Origin: Lama guanicoe
Lineage: Eukaryota
DNA: 64,000 bases
NCBI GenBank assembly: GCA_013239625.1
Contig: MU053934.1
Span: 2,932,399-2,996,398, forward strand
Direction of reading: 5' to 3'
The notes beneath the pieces were generated by a model. That model did not search any database. It had not been told where the DNA came from and worked only from the letters and a program-made list of their open reading frames with translations. Of the stretch, positions 16,801-29,267 are shown in pieces (positions within the stretch are counted from its first letter, which is position 1; every line of letters begins with the position of its first letter). The position numbers and the translations under genes were made by a program.

Positions 16801-19552
16801 AGAAGGGACCTGCCCGAGGCCACACATAAGTGCATGGTGTAAACTCAGGTCTGTCTGACTCTCTTCTTGCACCCCTTACAAACGGGACTGAAGGCACTGG
16901 ATGCACAAAACTGAGGCAGAGGGGAAGTTGCTTGCCTGAAGTGGGCAGGAAGTGGCCGGCAGGTTTCTAAGTTCCTGCCTCCAGCTCCTCCTGGGGTTGC
17001 TCCTTTCAGGGCCACCCAGGGCCTGCCGTCCACCTTCCCTTGGGTGTTACAGCTGAGCCCCTAGTGTTCCTCCCTGATCCCACCGCAAACCGGGGACCGT
17101 GAGCTCAGGAGAGCCTCATGTGCCCTAACGTCCCCGAAATGTCTTGTATGAGAAGCCAGCGAAGCCTCTTAGAGAACGAGGGAGGGAAATGCCGGGTCCT
17201 CCATCGGGGAAGGACCCTTCTCAAAATACCTTTGCGACCACTGCTGCATTTAATAAATCCACAGCCAGGTAGGTAGGGCTGGCGTTCCTCTTTTCTTGTC
17301 ATAATCAGGGAGCCCAGAGGGGCCGAGCAACTACCTTATTGAAGTCCCAGCACCAAGAAGGAGCTGGGCTCAAATTGGGATCCATGCTCCCAGGTCTCCA
17401 GGAGGGAACTGTTGAGGGGGGGGTGCCAGCCATGGAGGGGGGAGGGGCTTTAGAATTTGGGGCTTCCAGGAGGCTTACCTACAGCAGCAGGCTTTTTCCT
17501 TCTCTGTGCCTCAGTTTCCCTGTCTCTAAAATGGATCTGGCATCTGTAAACCCTCCCTTCACTTATTCTGTTTGCTTCAGGCCAAGCTGGGAAGCAGCCA
17601 GAGAAGAAACTCCACCTCTCCTCCCTGCCGGTGGCAGCTTAAGTCCCAAGGAGAGAAGGCGCTTAGAGCCAAGGCCAGGAGGGGGCTGCAGGAGTTCCGT
17701 GCCAGGCGTCTCTGGAAGGTGCCAGAGAAACTGAATCTTCAACTCCAGACCTTCGGAGAGCAAGCCAGGCAGGAAAAACAGGGGCCCAGAGAAAGCCATG
17801 ATGGGGAGGGCAGAGCCCTGCGCTTTCCTGATTCTGCCACTAACTGGCCAAGTGGACTTAACTGACCCATTCCTTCCTCTGTGCCCGCGTCTCCCCTGTC
17901 TATGATGAGGTGACCTTTCAGGCCCTCCAGCTCTTAGAGTGTTGGAAACAGCTTTCACAGAGTTCTCCTCTCAGAGGCCCAGAAAGGAAGAGTGTTTTCA
18001 ACAAGTTAGTCAAAATGTTGTACAGGAGTTGGATTCCACAGGGGCGCCTGACTGAGGACGGTGCTGCAGCCCCCTCCCGCCATCCTGAGGGCTCTGCCAG
18101 CCTGAGCCACGAGAGTCCATGAGAGCAGGGAGGTCCCAGCCACCTGAGGTGTCCAGGCAGGGGCTGGAGGGCACCCAGAAAAAGTGATGGCAAGACCTCT
18201 GCAGTCCTCTGTTAGTAGGTTCTAGAACTCAGCATTTCTTCTCTTGAAGACTCCCTCCACCTCCAGCAGTGTAGAACCCTCCTACCTACAGCCCCTTTGT
18301 CTCGGGGGACTCATGAGCCATCTCCCCGAAGCTGCCTAGCGGAGGGGGCCCCTTGCTGGCCCGAGGAGGTGGGGGTGGGGCAGAATGGTGGCACATCCTG
18401 GTTTCGAGCACTGGTTTCAAACTAGGCAGCATTGGGTTCAAATCCCAACTCTGTCACTTAACTGAGCAAGTAACTTAAGGAAGGTCAGGGGTGCGGGAGA
18501 GCTGGAGGGAGGGAAAGTGTGCTGGGGACAAGCATCCATCGTTTACACCTGTAAGAAGAACTAGAAGGGTCCTGGGAAGCTCGGTGTCCGTGGGAAGCTT
18601 CTGTACAGTGATGCATGTGTGGCTCACGGACACACTTTTGGGCACATGGGGGAGCTGGTGCCAGGGCATGAATGTGGGTGGATCTGTCAAAAGTCACCTG
18701 TGTTGATGCCACTCCATACCTTTGCTAGGTCACTCCTTAGCATGTGGCTATGGGAACACATGTGTATGTCTTCATGCATCAGAGCTGGAAAAGCCTTTAG
18801 GTTTGGCTCTACCCTTTCATTTTACAGATGGAAAGGCTGAGTCTCATGGGGGTGGGGGTACTGAGGGCAAAACCTGGAGAGGGTCCCAGGCATCCTTCTC
18901 CCCATCCCTTCATTAGGCATTGCTCCCCAGGGACCATCCACCCACCGGGACACCTACCTACTGCATCTGGCTCCGGCTCCGTGCCCAGGTACCGCCCTTG
19001 GGCCCGTGAATCCACCAGCTGGAACCTCTTTGACTCGAGGTTCTCCAGCACCTGCTCGTAGGTCTTGAACAGGGAACGGTCCAGTGTGGCTTTGAAGACG
19101 GCTGGCTCTGGGCATGAGGGCTCAGATGTCACCGGGTGGCCCTCCTTCAGCCAGTTCCGGAAGCCACCATTGAGCACTGACACAGTGCGGTGGCCAAACA
19201 CACGGAACATCCACCAGACCCGCGGCGCATAGAAGCTGCCCAGGTGGTCACCATCATACACCACCACATGCGTGTCGTTGCTGATGCCCAGGCGGCCCAC
19301 GTAGTCAGCGAAGCCCGCCTCGCTGGGCAACATCATCTCATAGGGCGACGCCGTATCCCGGCACTCCTCTATGTCAAAGAAGGAGGCGCCGGGGACATGG
19401 CGCTCTAGGTATTCCTTGCGGGCCTGGCGGGTGCCCGGCGAGTACCAGGACGCGTCCAGCACTCGAAGGCCAGGGCCCAGCTTGCCAGACCGGACGGACT
19501 CCGCCAGCCACTTGGTGGAGACCAGCGCCCGGTAGAGCATCTGCTGAACCAT
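13535..19552 (-). CDS. TST: Thiosulfate sulfurtransferase (rhodanese), 297 aa; coding exons 19552-18958 and 13833-13535
   Basis: [19 protein letters not shown]...; active-site loop CRKGVT (Cys248, codon 13685-13687); C-terminal YDGSWFEW; 595+299=894 nt with a phase-1 GT-AG intron. Confidence 0.98.
18958..19552 (-). CDS. TST: TST first coding exon (595 coding nt; acceptor at 19573)
   Basis: cgcgccag|...gaaaccATGG; ends GATGCAGTAG|gtaggt. Confidence 0.96.
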
Positions 19553-19899
19553 GGTTTCAGCTCTGCGTGTTACCTGGCGCGGTGGGAACCAGGAAAAAGA
19601 CCAGCATGAGGACTGTGGATGCGGGGGCTGGGCCTGGGAGAAGGAGCTTTTTTCCCCACTCCACTCCCCTAGGGATGTTGTGTTTACAGCAACTTGGCAG
19701 GATTAGGCGGTGCAGCGGGGTTAGGTTTGCATCTTTCCTAAGGAAAGCCTGCTTCCGCCTCTCCCTGCGCCCCCCGCCCGCACAGAAGGGGGTGGGGCAA
19801 GAGCTTCTGGGCTCCAGCTGGGGAAGCTGGCAGGAAAGGTGTCTGGCCCTGTAAGCTACCATACTCGCCCTCACGATCCTGACAAAGAGCAGCGAAGGG

Positions 19900-21000
19900 A
19901 TGTCCCGGATGAGGGTAGGAGGCATCTTGGGCTTAGAGTCCCCCTTCCTGGGAGGGCAGGGGAGGGAGCGCATGAGGAAAGGTTTGCTGGAGCCCCGCAC
20001 ACACCCTCGCCGGAGCCTCTCGTCTCGCAAACCTTCCTTGCCCTCAGCATCGTGGGCTCTCCCGCCACCTGATTGCCCAAGTCCAGCCCTGCCCGGCGCC
20101 CTCTGCCCCAGTTGGGTCCAGGGTTCCCGGGGCACCCCGCCCCGCTCTCGCCACCGGAACCCTCCCTGGGTCTCAGGTGGTCCGGCCGGCGGCCCAGTCC
20201 CGAACGGCCCGAGCGCCTGCCAACGCCCCACCACGCGCACTCACTCGCCCTCGCCGCCGCCCTGGCGCTCGCCCCTGCCCTCTGGAGAAGTTGGCAGGTT
20301 CAAACCCAGAGCCCGCAACTCCCCTGCCGGCCCACACCATCGGGCCTCCGCCCGGGGGGGTGGATCCCGCGCCGCCCGTCCCAACCCGCGTCCCCGCTGC
20401 CGCGCCGCGCCCGCCCCTGGCCGCCCGCCGAGCTTGCAGCGCCTCTCAGACCCCCGGGGGCCCGCCCGGGGCGCGGGAGATGCGGGCGCGGCGCGGGGCA
20501 GGGCTCGGCGGCGCGGGCGTCTCCCCCCAGGCTCGGCCAGTGGAAGACGCCGGCAGCCGCGGCTCGGACTGGTCGGGGCCGTGGGCTGTGCCGGAGTCTC
20601 CTCCCTTTGGCCGGCGGCAGGTTGGTGGCGGGAGGAGGGGACAGCTGCGGGCGAGGGGAGGGGGCGCGCTGCGCCGGGGCCTTGGCTGAACCCGAGACTG
20701 GGTTACTGCTGCGTCGGCGTGGCTCTCGCCTTTCTTTAGGGGGAAGCGATCATCGGGGTGCTTTGTGCTGGGCTCCCGCGGGGGTGCCTGAGCCGAGGAG
20801 GGGAGGAGGGGGCTTCAGTCCGGGAGGGAAGGTGCGCCCCAGGCTTTGCCCTAAGGGTGGCGGTCCGCAGCAGCTGGGGGCGGCCCGCAGGGTGGGGTCG
20901 GAGCGAGTGGCAGCGGGGAGGGGGTCTGTCAGCTGGTGCCACCAGCGGGGGTAGGAGGGAGGGAGGAGGACTAATAAAGCCTGTCGGAGAGGCCAGGGAG
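19900..21000. promoter_or_regulatory. CpG island / bidirectional promoter shared by TST and MPST; candidate TST non-coding exon 1 ends at 20245 (- strand, GA|gtgagt) and candidate MPST exon 1 ends at 20620 (CAG|gttggt)
   Basis: Very high GC and CpG density, GC boxes, and divergent splice donors on either side; limits approximate. Confidence 0.8.
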
Positions 21001-22127
21001 AGGAGGCCAACTGACCTAGAGGCTCCGGGAGGACAAACTGGCAAAGCACCTGCTGGAGTGAAACGAAACTAACATTTGTCAAGGCCTGCTTGGTGAGGCA
21101 CTTGACTGGGTACTCCTACAGTGTCACTTACTTCCCACAACAACCCCGCGGAGTAGGCCAGAAACTTATTTAAAGACCAAAGAGAGAGGCCCAGCGAGTT
21201 GCCCAGGGGAGCGGTGGCGCTGAGGCCAGACTGTTGTTAATCCCTGATCTGAAGCCCACATGGCCGGAGCTGCTTTTGTTTCCCTTGTTCATCCTTGAAG
21301 CCTCACACTTAAAAAAAAAAAAAAAAGCCGCCTTTGTTCATAATTTACTCTCCTTTAAGTTTATATAATTTAATTTTTAACAATGGCTGTGTTTGACAAC
21401 CCATTGGCCTAAGTCCTGAAAATCTAACAACTGGTTCTTGCAAGCCGATGGGACCCCACTGCCCCTACTCAGCTTTTGCATAAGCTGTTATATATACCTG
21501 GAAGGCTCTTGTATTTTTAAAAATTTTTTTATTCTTATATTAAGAATTACATTATATTATAATATAACTCTTATATTCTTACCGAAAGATGCAAAAATTC
21601 GTACTTTGATCAGCATTTACCCAGCGAATCCTCTGAACGTTACGCTTTGCAGTCAGGAGAGAGAGAGAGCCAGGAAGGACAAGGCTGGGGCAGGCCCTTG
21701 CGGAATGCCCAGTCCATCTGGAGCCCTGCTATTCCAGGGCCCACCCCAGATAGTGTTCCAGGGCTCACACTTCCCCTAGTGGAGTTGTATACGCTACAGA
21801 GATGGCCCTGGGGCTGTCCTATCTGTCTTGGAGCCCTTGACTCGCAGAGCAGCCCCACCTTCAGCCATCCAGGCCTGCCGAGTGCCCAGGGACCTGGTCC
21901 CTGCCCTTCAGTGACACACACAGCCTGCTCTACCAGACCCTCCTGTACCTCCCACGGTTCTTTGTGAGAGAACTGCCAGCAGCTCAACAGGTAAAGCAGG
22001 ATGACCTCAGACCTCCAAGTCCCACTTAGTCCTTGAAATTCTAAGAGTTAAGACTTGCCGTTGATGGTTCAAAGGCCTCCTATAAAAGTAACTTTGAAGA
22101 AATAATGAAACTTTTGAAGCCGTTTTT

Positions 22128-23450
22128 TTGGTTTTGGTTTTGGTTTCTATTAAAGTGTAGTTGATTTACAAGGTTGTGTTAGGAGAAACAAAACAAGGTT
22201 GTGTTAGTTTCTGGAGTACAGCATAGTGACTCAGTTGTACATATAATGTATTCTTTTTCATATTTTTTCACTATAGGTTATTATAAGATATTTAATAGAG
22301 TTCTCTGTGCTATACAGTAGGACCTTGTTGTTTAACTGTTTTATATATAGTACTTTGTATCTGCTGATTCCAAATTCCTAATTTATCCGTCCCCCTCCCT
22401 TTCCCCTTTGGTAACCATAAGTTTGTTTTCTGTGTTTGTGAGTGTTTCTGTTTTATAAATAAGTTCATTTGTATTATTTTTTTAAGATTCCACATATAAG
22501 TGATATCATATTGTCTTTCTCTGTCTGACTTACTTTACTTAGTATCTCTAACCCCATCCATGTTGCTCCAAATTGCATTATTTCATTTTTTATGGCTGAG
22601 TAATACTCTATTGTGTATAAATATCATGTCTTTTTTATCCAGTCATTTCTCAGTGGACATTTAGGTTGCTTCCATGTCTTGGCTATTGTAAATAGTGATG
22701 CTGTGAACACTGGGGTGCGTGTATCTTTTCGAATTAGAGTTCTTTCTGGATATATGCCCAAGAGTGGGATCGCTGGATCATACGGTAACTGTAATTTTAG
22801 TTGTTTAAGGAATCGTCCTTAAAATGTTTTCTATAACGGCTGCACCAAATTACATTCCCACCAGCAGTGTGGGAGGGTTCCTTTTTCTGCACGTCTTCTC
22901 CAGCATTTATCGTTTGGGGGCTTTTCAATGATAGCCATTCTGACTGGTGCAAGGTGATATTTCATTGTAGTTTTGACTTCCATTTCTCTGATAATTTGTG
23001 ATATTGAGCCGATTTCATGTGCCTATTGGCCAGCTGTATGTCCTCTTCGGAGAAATGTCTATTTAGGTCTTCTGCGCATTTTTGGATTGGGTGGTTTTGT
23101 TGCTTTCGTTATTGAGTTGTATGAACTGTTTGTACATTCGGGGAATTAAGCCTTGGTCAGTTGCATCGTCATTGCAAATAGTTTCTCCCAGTCCATAGGT
23201 TGTCTTTTCGTTTTGTTGATGGTTTCCTTTGCTGTGCAAAAGCTCATAAGTTTGATTAGGTCCCGTTTGTTAATTTTTGCTTTTATTTCTATTGCTTTGG
23301 GAGACTGACCTAGGAAAACATTGCTGTGATTTATGTCGGAGAATGTTTTGCCTATGTTCTCTTCTAGGAGATTTATGGTGTCCTGTGTTACGTTTAAGTC
23401 TTTAAGCCATTTTGAGTTTATTTTTGTGGGTGGTGTGGGGAGTGTTCTAA
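22128..23450 (-). mobile_element. 5'-truncated L1 (ORF2 end plus 3' UTR) in MPST intron 1
   Basis: AT-rich block with L1 motifs (ttaggttgcttccatgtcttggctattgtaaatag, acattcccaccagcagtgt); degenerate TSD cttttgaagccgttttt (22111-22127) / cttatgaagccgctttt (23451-23467). Confidence 0.9.
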
Positions 23451-24319
23451 CTTATGAAGCCGCTTTTAATGATTATTAAAGCCAGCCACAGGCAGGGCAT
23501 TATGGTGGCACCTCGGCATTCATTATTTAATCTTCACCCTAAGAGGTGAGGGTTGGAAGCTTTACTCTAAGAAATGGAAACAGCACAGGGACCCTGACAT
23601 GCCTGCCCTCATGTAACTCGTTCAGCAAGGGAATGGGATTTGCACTGACTTTGGAGGGGCTCTTACTCCCAAATCAGGGTTCAAAATGGACCCTTGGGAT
23701 AAAAAAACCAAGGAGCCCCCAGAATGGGGGGCGGGCAGGGGCTGCTGTGGTTCACAATGGGTTCTTCAAGAAGGGAACCACAGTGTCCTCCAACATTATC
23801 TAGCTCTGGCATAACCCACAGACACTGGGGTCGCCCCTTAGCCAAGGCCTCTTTGGCAGTCTCACCCTGAAGGTCAGACTGGGGTTTCCTGAGCCTCTGA
23901 TCGGTTTGGACTTCCTCCTCCTCGAGGAAGCCTTCCCACCCTAGACTGAGCTAGTGGTCCCTTTGTACTCCCACTGAACTCCAGACTTTCTGCGATTCCA
24001 TTGTCTCTTGAGCAGGCCTGTGGCGTGCCTTAACTCCCAGAGCCTCGCAGAGTCAAGAATTTCTCAGTGTCCAGCATAAGGCCAAGCAGGGTGGGCAACA
24101 TGATTCGAAAAGCCAGCCAGCAATGAGACCGTGGGAGGGGGCTGTCACACTGCTGAGTCATTAGGCCTTGGTCATCCTTGACCTGGGGCTGGGGCAGAAG
24201 TCCAGCCTCAGAAGTTGCAACCTGGCTTCAAATCCTGAGGCTGGCCCTAACCAGCTTGGTGACTGAGGGCAAGGCACTTACATCTCTAAGGCCAGTTGCC
24301 TCATTCAGAAAACAGGCAT

Positions 24320-24443
24320 GTGTGGGGAGGGTATAGCCCAGTGGTAGAGTGCAGTGCTTAGCGTGCCCGAGGTCCCCCAGGCACCTCCATTAAAAACAAT
24401 AATAAATAAATAAACCTAATTACAACCCCCCTCCCCCAAAAAG
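24320..24443 (+). mobile_element. tRNA-derived SINE (Vic-1-like), internal deletion near the B box
   Basis: ggggagggtatagcccagtggtagagtg...aaacctaattac; flanking repeat aaacaggcat at 24310-24319 / 24444-24453. Confidence 0.8.
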
Positions 24444-25301
24444 AAACAGGCATCCCCACATACTCACTACTGAAGGCTGTGTTGCTTTGCACCCCACTCA
24501 CCCAGCCAGGTGCCCTGGGAGGGGCTCTGCCTCTGCCTGGCGGAAGGGGTGCCTTTCTCTAACTTGCACCAATGGACAGGGCAGGGGTGGGGTGGGGGGC
24601 TGCTTGCCCAGGGGCTCCGTGAGTTTGGAGCATCTTGGCCCTGGAAGGCTGTGGGGTGACTTGTCAGGATGGGCTGGTGAACCCTCTGAGCTGAGGCTAC
24701 CCATTTAGCAAATAAGTGTGTCCTGTGTCCTGCAATGTCCTAAGGTATTGTGAGGAGTAAACAGCACAGGGAGGACTCAGTAAATTTCAGCAACTATTCT
24801 TCTGAGGCTGCTTATATAAATATTTGGTGAATGAGTGAATGAATTCCACCAGGGGCCTGGCTGATTGCAAGCAAAGCTGAGCTGCACCTTAGGGAGGGGC
24901 TGAGGCTTTGCCCCTAATTATGTTGAAGTGCCAGCGGGCCTTCCTCTGCTGGGGCCCTCTCCCTTTCTGCTCCACAGCAAGCACCGGTGAGGGTCCCCAC
25001 CTGGTCCTCTCCAAGGTCACGGTCATTTGGTCACTCTACTCTGTGTATATACCCAAGGCCTGGCAGGGGAGGAGAGGGGAGGTCCGGGTGACCAAAGTCT
25101 GCATCTGGGTTCACCACCACCGGTTTTCCGCGTTCCATGAACTCTGCTCTCCCTGGGCTCTACCGCCCCCTCGGGCCCGGGCCCAGCCCCAGCCCTTAGC
25201 GGCACGGAAGTTTCCCGCACCTTGCCTGCCTCTTCCTCGATTCCCTCCTGACATCCTTCCTTGTCGCCCAGGCTTGCAGCCCCAGTGTCACCGCCGTCGC
25301 C

Positions 25302-25896
25302 ATGGCCTCGCAGCAGCTCTTCCGTGCGCTCGTGTCGGCGCAGTGGGTGGCCGAGGCCCTGCGGGCCCCGCGCGCCGGGGCGCCCCTGCAGCTGCTGGAT
25401 GCGTCCTGGTACCTGCCCAAGCTGGGCCGCGATGCGCGCCGCGAGTTCGAGGAGCGCCACATCCCGGGCGCCGCCTTCTTTGACATCGACCAGTGCAGCG
25501 ACCCCACGTCGCCCTACGACCACATGCTGCCCAGCGCGGAGCACTTCGCCGAGTACGCGGGCCGCCTGGGCGTGGGCGCCGCCACCCACGTCGTGATCTA
25601 CGACGGCAGCGACCAGGGCCTGTACGCGGCGCCGCGCGTCTGGTGGATGTTTCGCGCCTTTGGCCACCGCACCGTGTCGCTGCTCGACGGCGGCCTCCGC
25701 AACTGGCTGCGCCAGGGCCTCCCTCTGAGCTCGGGCAAGAGCCTCCCGACGCCCGCGGAGTTCAGCGCCACGCTGGACCCCGCCTATGTCAAGACGTACG
25801 AGGACATCAAGGAGAACCTCGAATCCAGGCGCTTCCAGGTGGTGGACGCCCGCGCCGCCGGCCGCTTCCGGGGCACAGAGCCCGAGCCCCGAGATG
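25302..25896 (+). CDS. MPST: MPST first coding exon (acceptor at 25272; CpG-rich)
   Basis: gcccag|GCTTGC...gtcgccATGG (strong Kozak); ends CGAGATG|gtaacc. Confidence 0.96.
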
Positions 25897-28800
25897 GTAA
25901 CCGTGATGCCCGGAGGGCCGGGGAGGGCCTGGGGGCGCGGGATCAGGCCCTTGCCCCACCCTTGCCTTTAAAGGACACCGGGTGGAGTGGGCGCCCCGAT
26001 TTGGTTTCTACTCGCCTCACTAAGTTTTGCTGGCTTTATTCTAAAGTGGGGGCAGTAATACTTGCCCTACCTCCACTGCGCTAGGGGCAGTGACTGCCCC
26101 AAACTCTTTGGGAATCCAGGGTGTCCAGTATAAGTGCCCATCCAAAGGGATGGGGCCTGATCGAGTCTGTTACCGTCTCTGAGGATGATGGAGCCGAGGA
26201 GGAGGAGGAGTCTGAGGTGGAGAGTGAGAGGAAAGTCACTTAGAGGGGCCAAGGCATGATTGAGTCTAAGAAGAGAGAGAGAGGTTGCTGCCCTGGGTTG
26301 GAGCAGAAACTGAACAAGAGGGTGGTTGCTGGCTTGGGTTGAGGCAGGGCCTTCTGCCTGGGGGCTGGATTTCCCAGGCAAGGAACCTGTGGGGAGGCCC
26401 GGTATGAGTTAGCGAGGGGTCCCCACAAAGCAGGCGGGTCAGGAGCCACTTTGGTGTGTAGGCTTTTTAATGATCCCTCCAGCTGGGTGCTGTCACTGGA
26501 CAGAGGAGGAAACGGAGCCTTAGAGTGGCTCTCTTGCCCCAGGTCTCAGTAAGCGGCACAGGCAGGCGTTAAACTCCAGTCCCTTGAACTACAGTGAACA
26601 GCCAGTAACCCTCCAGCCATTTCTCTCGTGCTTGCTTCCAGGAGGGTGCAAGGAACTTGCCACTTCCTCTGAGAAGCACTCCCTGAATCACATCCCCTAT
26701 GCCCCCAAACTGGGGTTGGAGCTTCTGTTCTGTGTTTGTAGAGCAGCTTGGATTCACCCTGTCCTCTCACTGTTTGGGGTGACCCATGCTCCCAGTGCAT
26801 CCTGTAGACTAACCCAGTAGCTGGATGGAGCCGATGCCCCAGAGAGGTTTGGTGAGTTCGGATGGTCCCTACCACATGGAAGGAACCATGAGAAATGTTG
26901 ACATTGGGTCACACTGCAGGAAATTGCTACTATCCAACCATTTTTGCACCTACATTTATGGCAGCTTAATATGGTTCAGCCCAATAGGGATGCCACCTTG
27001 AGCCTGTGGGATCCTTCAGCTCAGCAGCCCTGGGTAAGGGTAGGGGTGGGGAGTGGTAGAGCAACATACAGTGATGAGCCAGAGCCAGACCTAGGTTCAG
27101 AGCGCTGCCCTAGGTTGTGCTGGCTGTGTGACACCTGGTAGGTCACCTAATCTCTGAACCACAGCTTCTGCACTTGTAAAGTCAGGGCAGGATACAGAGC
27201 TTAAAGGATGTAGTGAGGGTCAAATGAGAGCAAGTATGTCAACCACTCAGCCCTGTGTTTGCCCATACAGGATGCACTCAAGAAATGGAAAGTGATACAG
27301 TTAACATGTGCTTCCCTGGCTATGGCTCTTTACAAAGGTGCTTAATGCTTCCCTCCATCAGGCTTGCTCATCTGTAAAATGGGAGAGAGCGATTAACACC
27401 TAGCAGGCCTGTTGTCAAGGTGGACAAGCAGATATGTGTAAAGGCTTCAGCTAAAGTGATGGAGAATATCACTGTCCCCTTCAGTCCCGTCCACAGCCTG
27501 AGATCTGGCCAATGGTGCCTCTCATTTGCCATGTTGGTCCGGCCGGGAGGGGAAGCGTGCTTTGCTCGGTGAGGTTCAAGGTGTGGGAATAGCCCTGCTC
27601 TGACAGTGGCCAGCGTGGGTTGAGAGCTTGCCCATCTTCCTTGCTCTGGCTGGTCTCTATGTAGTGTCTCTGGCTGAGCCCAGTTTCTGCATCTGTTGAG
27701 TTGGGATGCAGGACGCATTCCAACCTCACCGTGGACCCGGAGGAGTGCTGTCTATACACAAAGTCCTGAGAGTAGATACTGACATGGGTCAGCAGCTCCC
27801 CGAGAGTGCGAAGCTGCGAGTGGGGGGTGATCCTCTCTTAATGAAGGACCCTCTGGCCTTGTCCACATCCTCTTCTTCAAGCTACAGTCAAAACAATCTT
27901 TTGAAAACGAAAGTCTGATTTCCCCTAGGGTTATGTCAAAGCCCTAAGTCTTAATCCAGGCTCACTAAGGTGTCCCCACCCACTTTGGTGTCCCCTTGAT
28001 CCTCAGCCTTCTCGCTGTCTGGGCTTTTTGCCACAATGACTGTTAACCCCTCTAAGCTCCAAGCGACTCCCTGCCACCCTGATGCCCTCTGCCTGGGGTG
28101 CTCTCAGTCCCCACTGCCCAGAACCCTCAACCTGGTGGAATCTTCAGAGCTACTCCCAGAAGCTTCCCTGACCCTCCCCCTCCCAGGCAGTGTGTCCTGC
28201 AGGCCCCTCTGCCCCTACTATCTTGGGCAAGTTACTCTCTGTGCCTCAGTCTCCTCATCTGTACAAAAGGGAGAATAGTAATTTCTTTTGTTTTTTTTAA
28301 TTGAAGTACAGTCAGCTAGAATGTGTCAATTTCTGGTGTATAGCGCAATGTCTCAGTCATGCATATACATACATACAGAGAATAGTAATTTCTTTCCCAT
28401 AGAGTTTTAGGGAGGCTTAAAGGGGAAGATACAGCTGAGGGGCTCAGAACGGTGCCCAGCACAGATTAACCCCTCAATAATGTCAGCCGTGATTACTCCT
28501 ATTACTGTGTATTGCTGTTATGTATGCTATGCCCCGCTACCACCTAGGGCGGCCTTTTAGTAACAGCCATCATGCTTGTAATTATTCAGTTATTGCCTGT
28601 CTGCCCTGCCAGATCAAACACTGTTGACAGCAGATGCTCCAAGTCCTAGCCAGGCAGAGGTCTTGTTTATCTTTGTTGCCCCGGGGCTTATAGTCATCAG
28701 GAAACCTGGGGCAGAGGGTGTCTCTGGTGGGGTCTGAGCCCTGGGTTCACATTCCAGGCAGCAATTTGCTAGGTGCGTGGCGTTGGGCAATAGTGACCCT

Positions 28801-29267
28801 CAGCATGTCTACCTGTAAAATGAGATTCTTGTAAATAGTGCCTGGGCTTCCTGGTTGTGAGGGCTGCTACACGCATGAGAGGTGATGCTCTTAGAAGGTT
28901 GCCCTGTGGCTGCATCTCATTCATTCCAACCTTGTATTCGTTCCCCTCTTCCTGTTCTCCTGCTGCAGGCATTGAGCCTGGCCACATCCCTGGCACAATC
29001 AACATCCCCTTCACGGACTTCCTGACTGAGGAGGGCCTGGAGAAGAGCCCCGAGGAGATCCGCCACCTGTTCCAGGACAAGAAGGTGGACCTGTCCCAGC
29101 CCCTGGTGGCCACATGTGGCTCTGGCGTCACAGCCTGCCACGTGGCACTGGGGGCCTACCTCTGCGGCAAGCCTGAAGTACCCGTCTACGATGGCTCCTG
29201 GGTGGAGTGGTACATGCGTGCCCAGCCGGAGGACATCATCTCCGAGGGCCGGGGGAAGACCCACTGA
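25302..29267 (+). CDS. MPST: 3-mercaptopyruvate sulfurtransferase, 297 aa; coding exons 25302-25896 and 28969-29267
   Basis: [20 protein letters not shown]...; active-site loop CGSGVT (Cys248, codon 29115-29117); Asp63/His74/Ser250 intact; 595+299 nt with a phase-1 GT-AG intron. Confidence 0.98.
28289..28377 (-). mobile_element. Very short L1 3' tail insertion inside a MIR
   Basis: Same 3' end as the 9615 copy in reverse orientation (aattgacacatt..gctgactgtacttcaatt); perfect 18-bp TSD gagaatagtaatttcttt at 28271-28288 / 28378-28395. Confidence 0.8.
28969..29267 (+). CDS. MPST: MPST last coding exon
   Basis: ctgcag|GCATTGAG...; ends EGRGKTH-stop. Confidence 0.96.

Noticed and set aside
19557..21082. 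Long overlapping ORFs (227-293 aa) on both strands
   Set aside because: Stop-poor CpG island; Pro/Arg/Gly/Ala low-complexity products with no recognisable domain
22310..22822. ORFs such as MWNLKKIIQMNLFIKQK
   Set aside because: L1 3' UTR/ORF2-end sequence, not a host gene
25023..25900. Antisense and alternate-frame ORFs over the MPST exon
   Set aside because: Shadows of a GC3-rich coding exon
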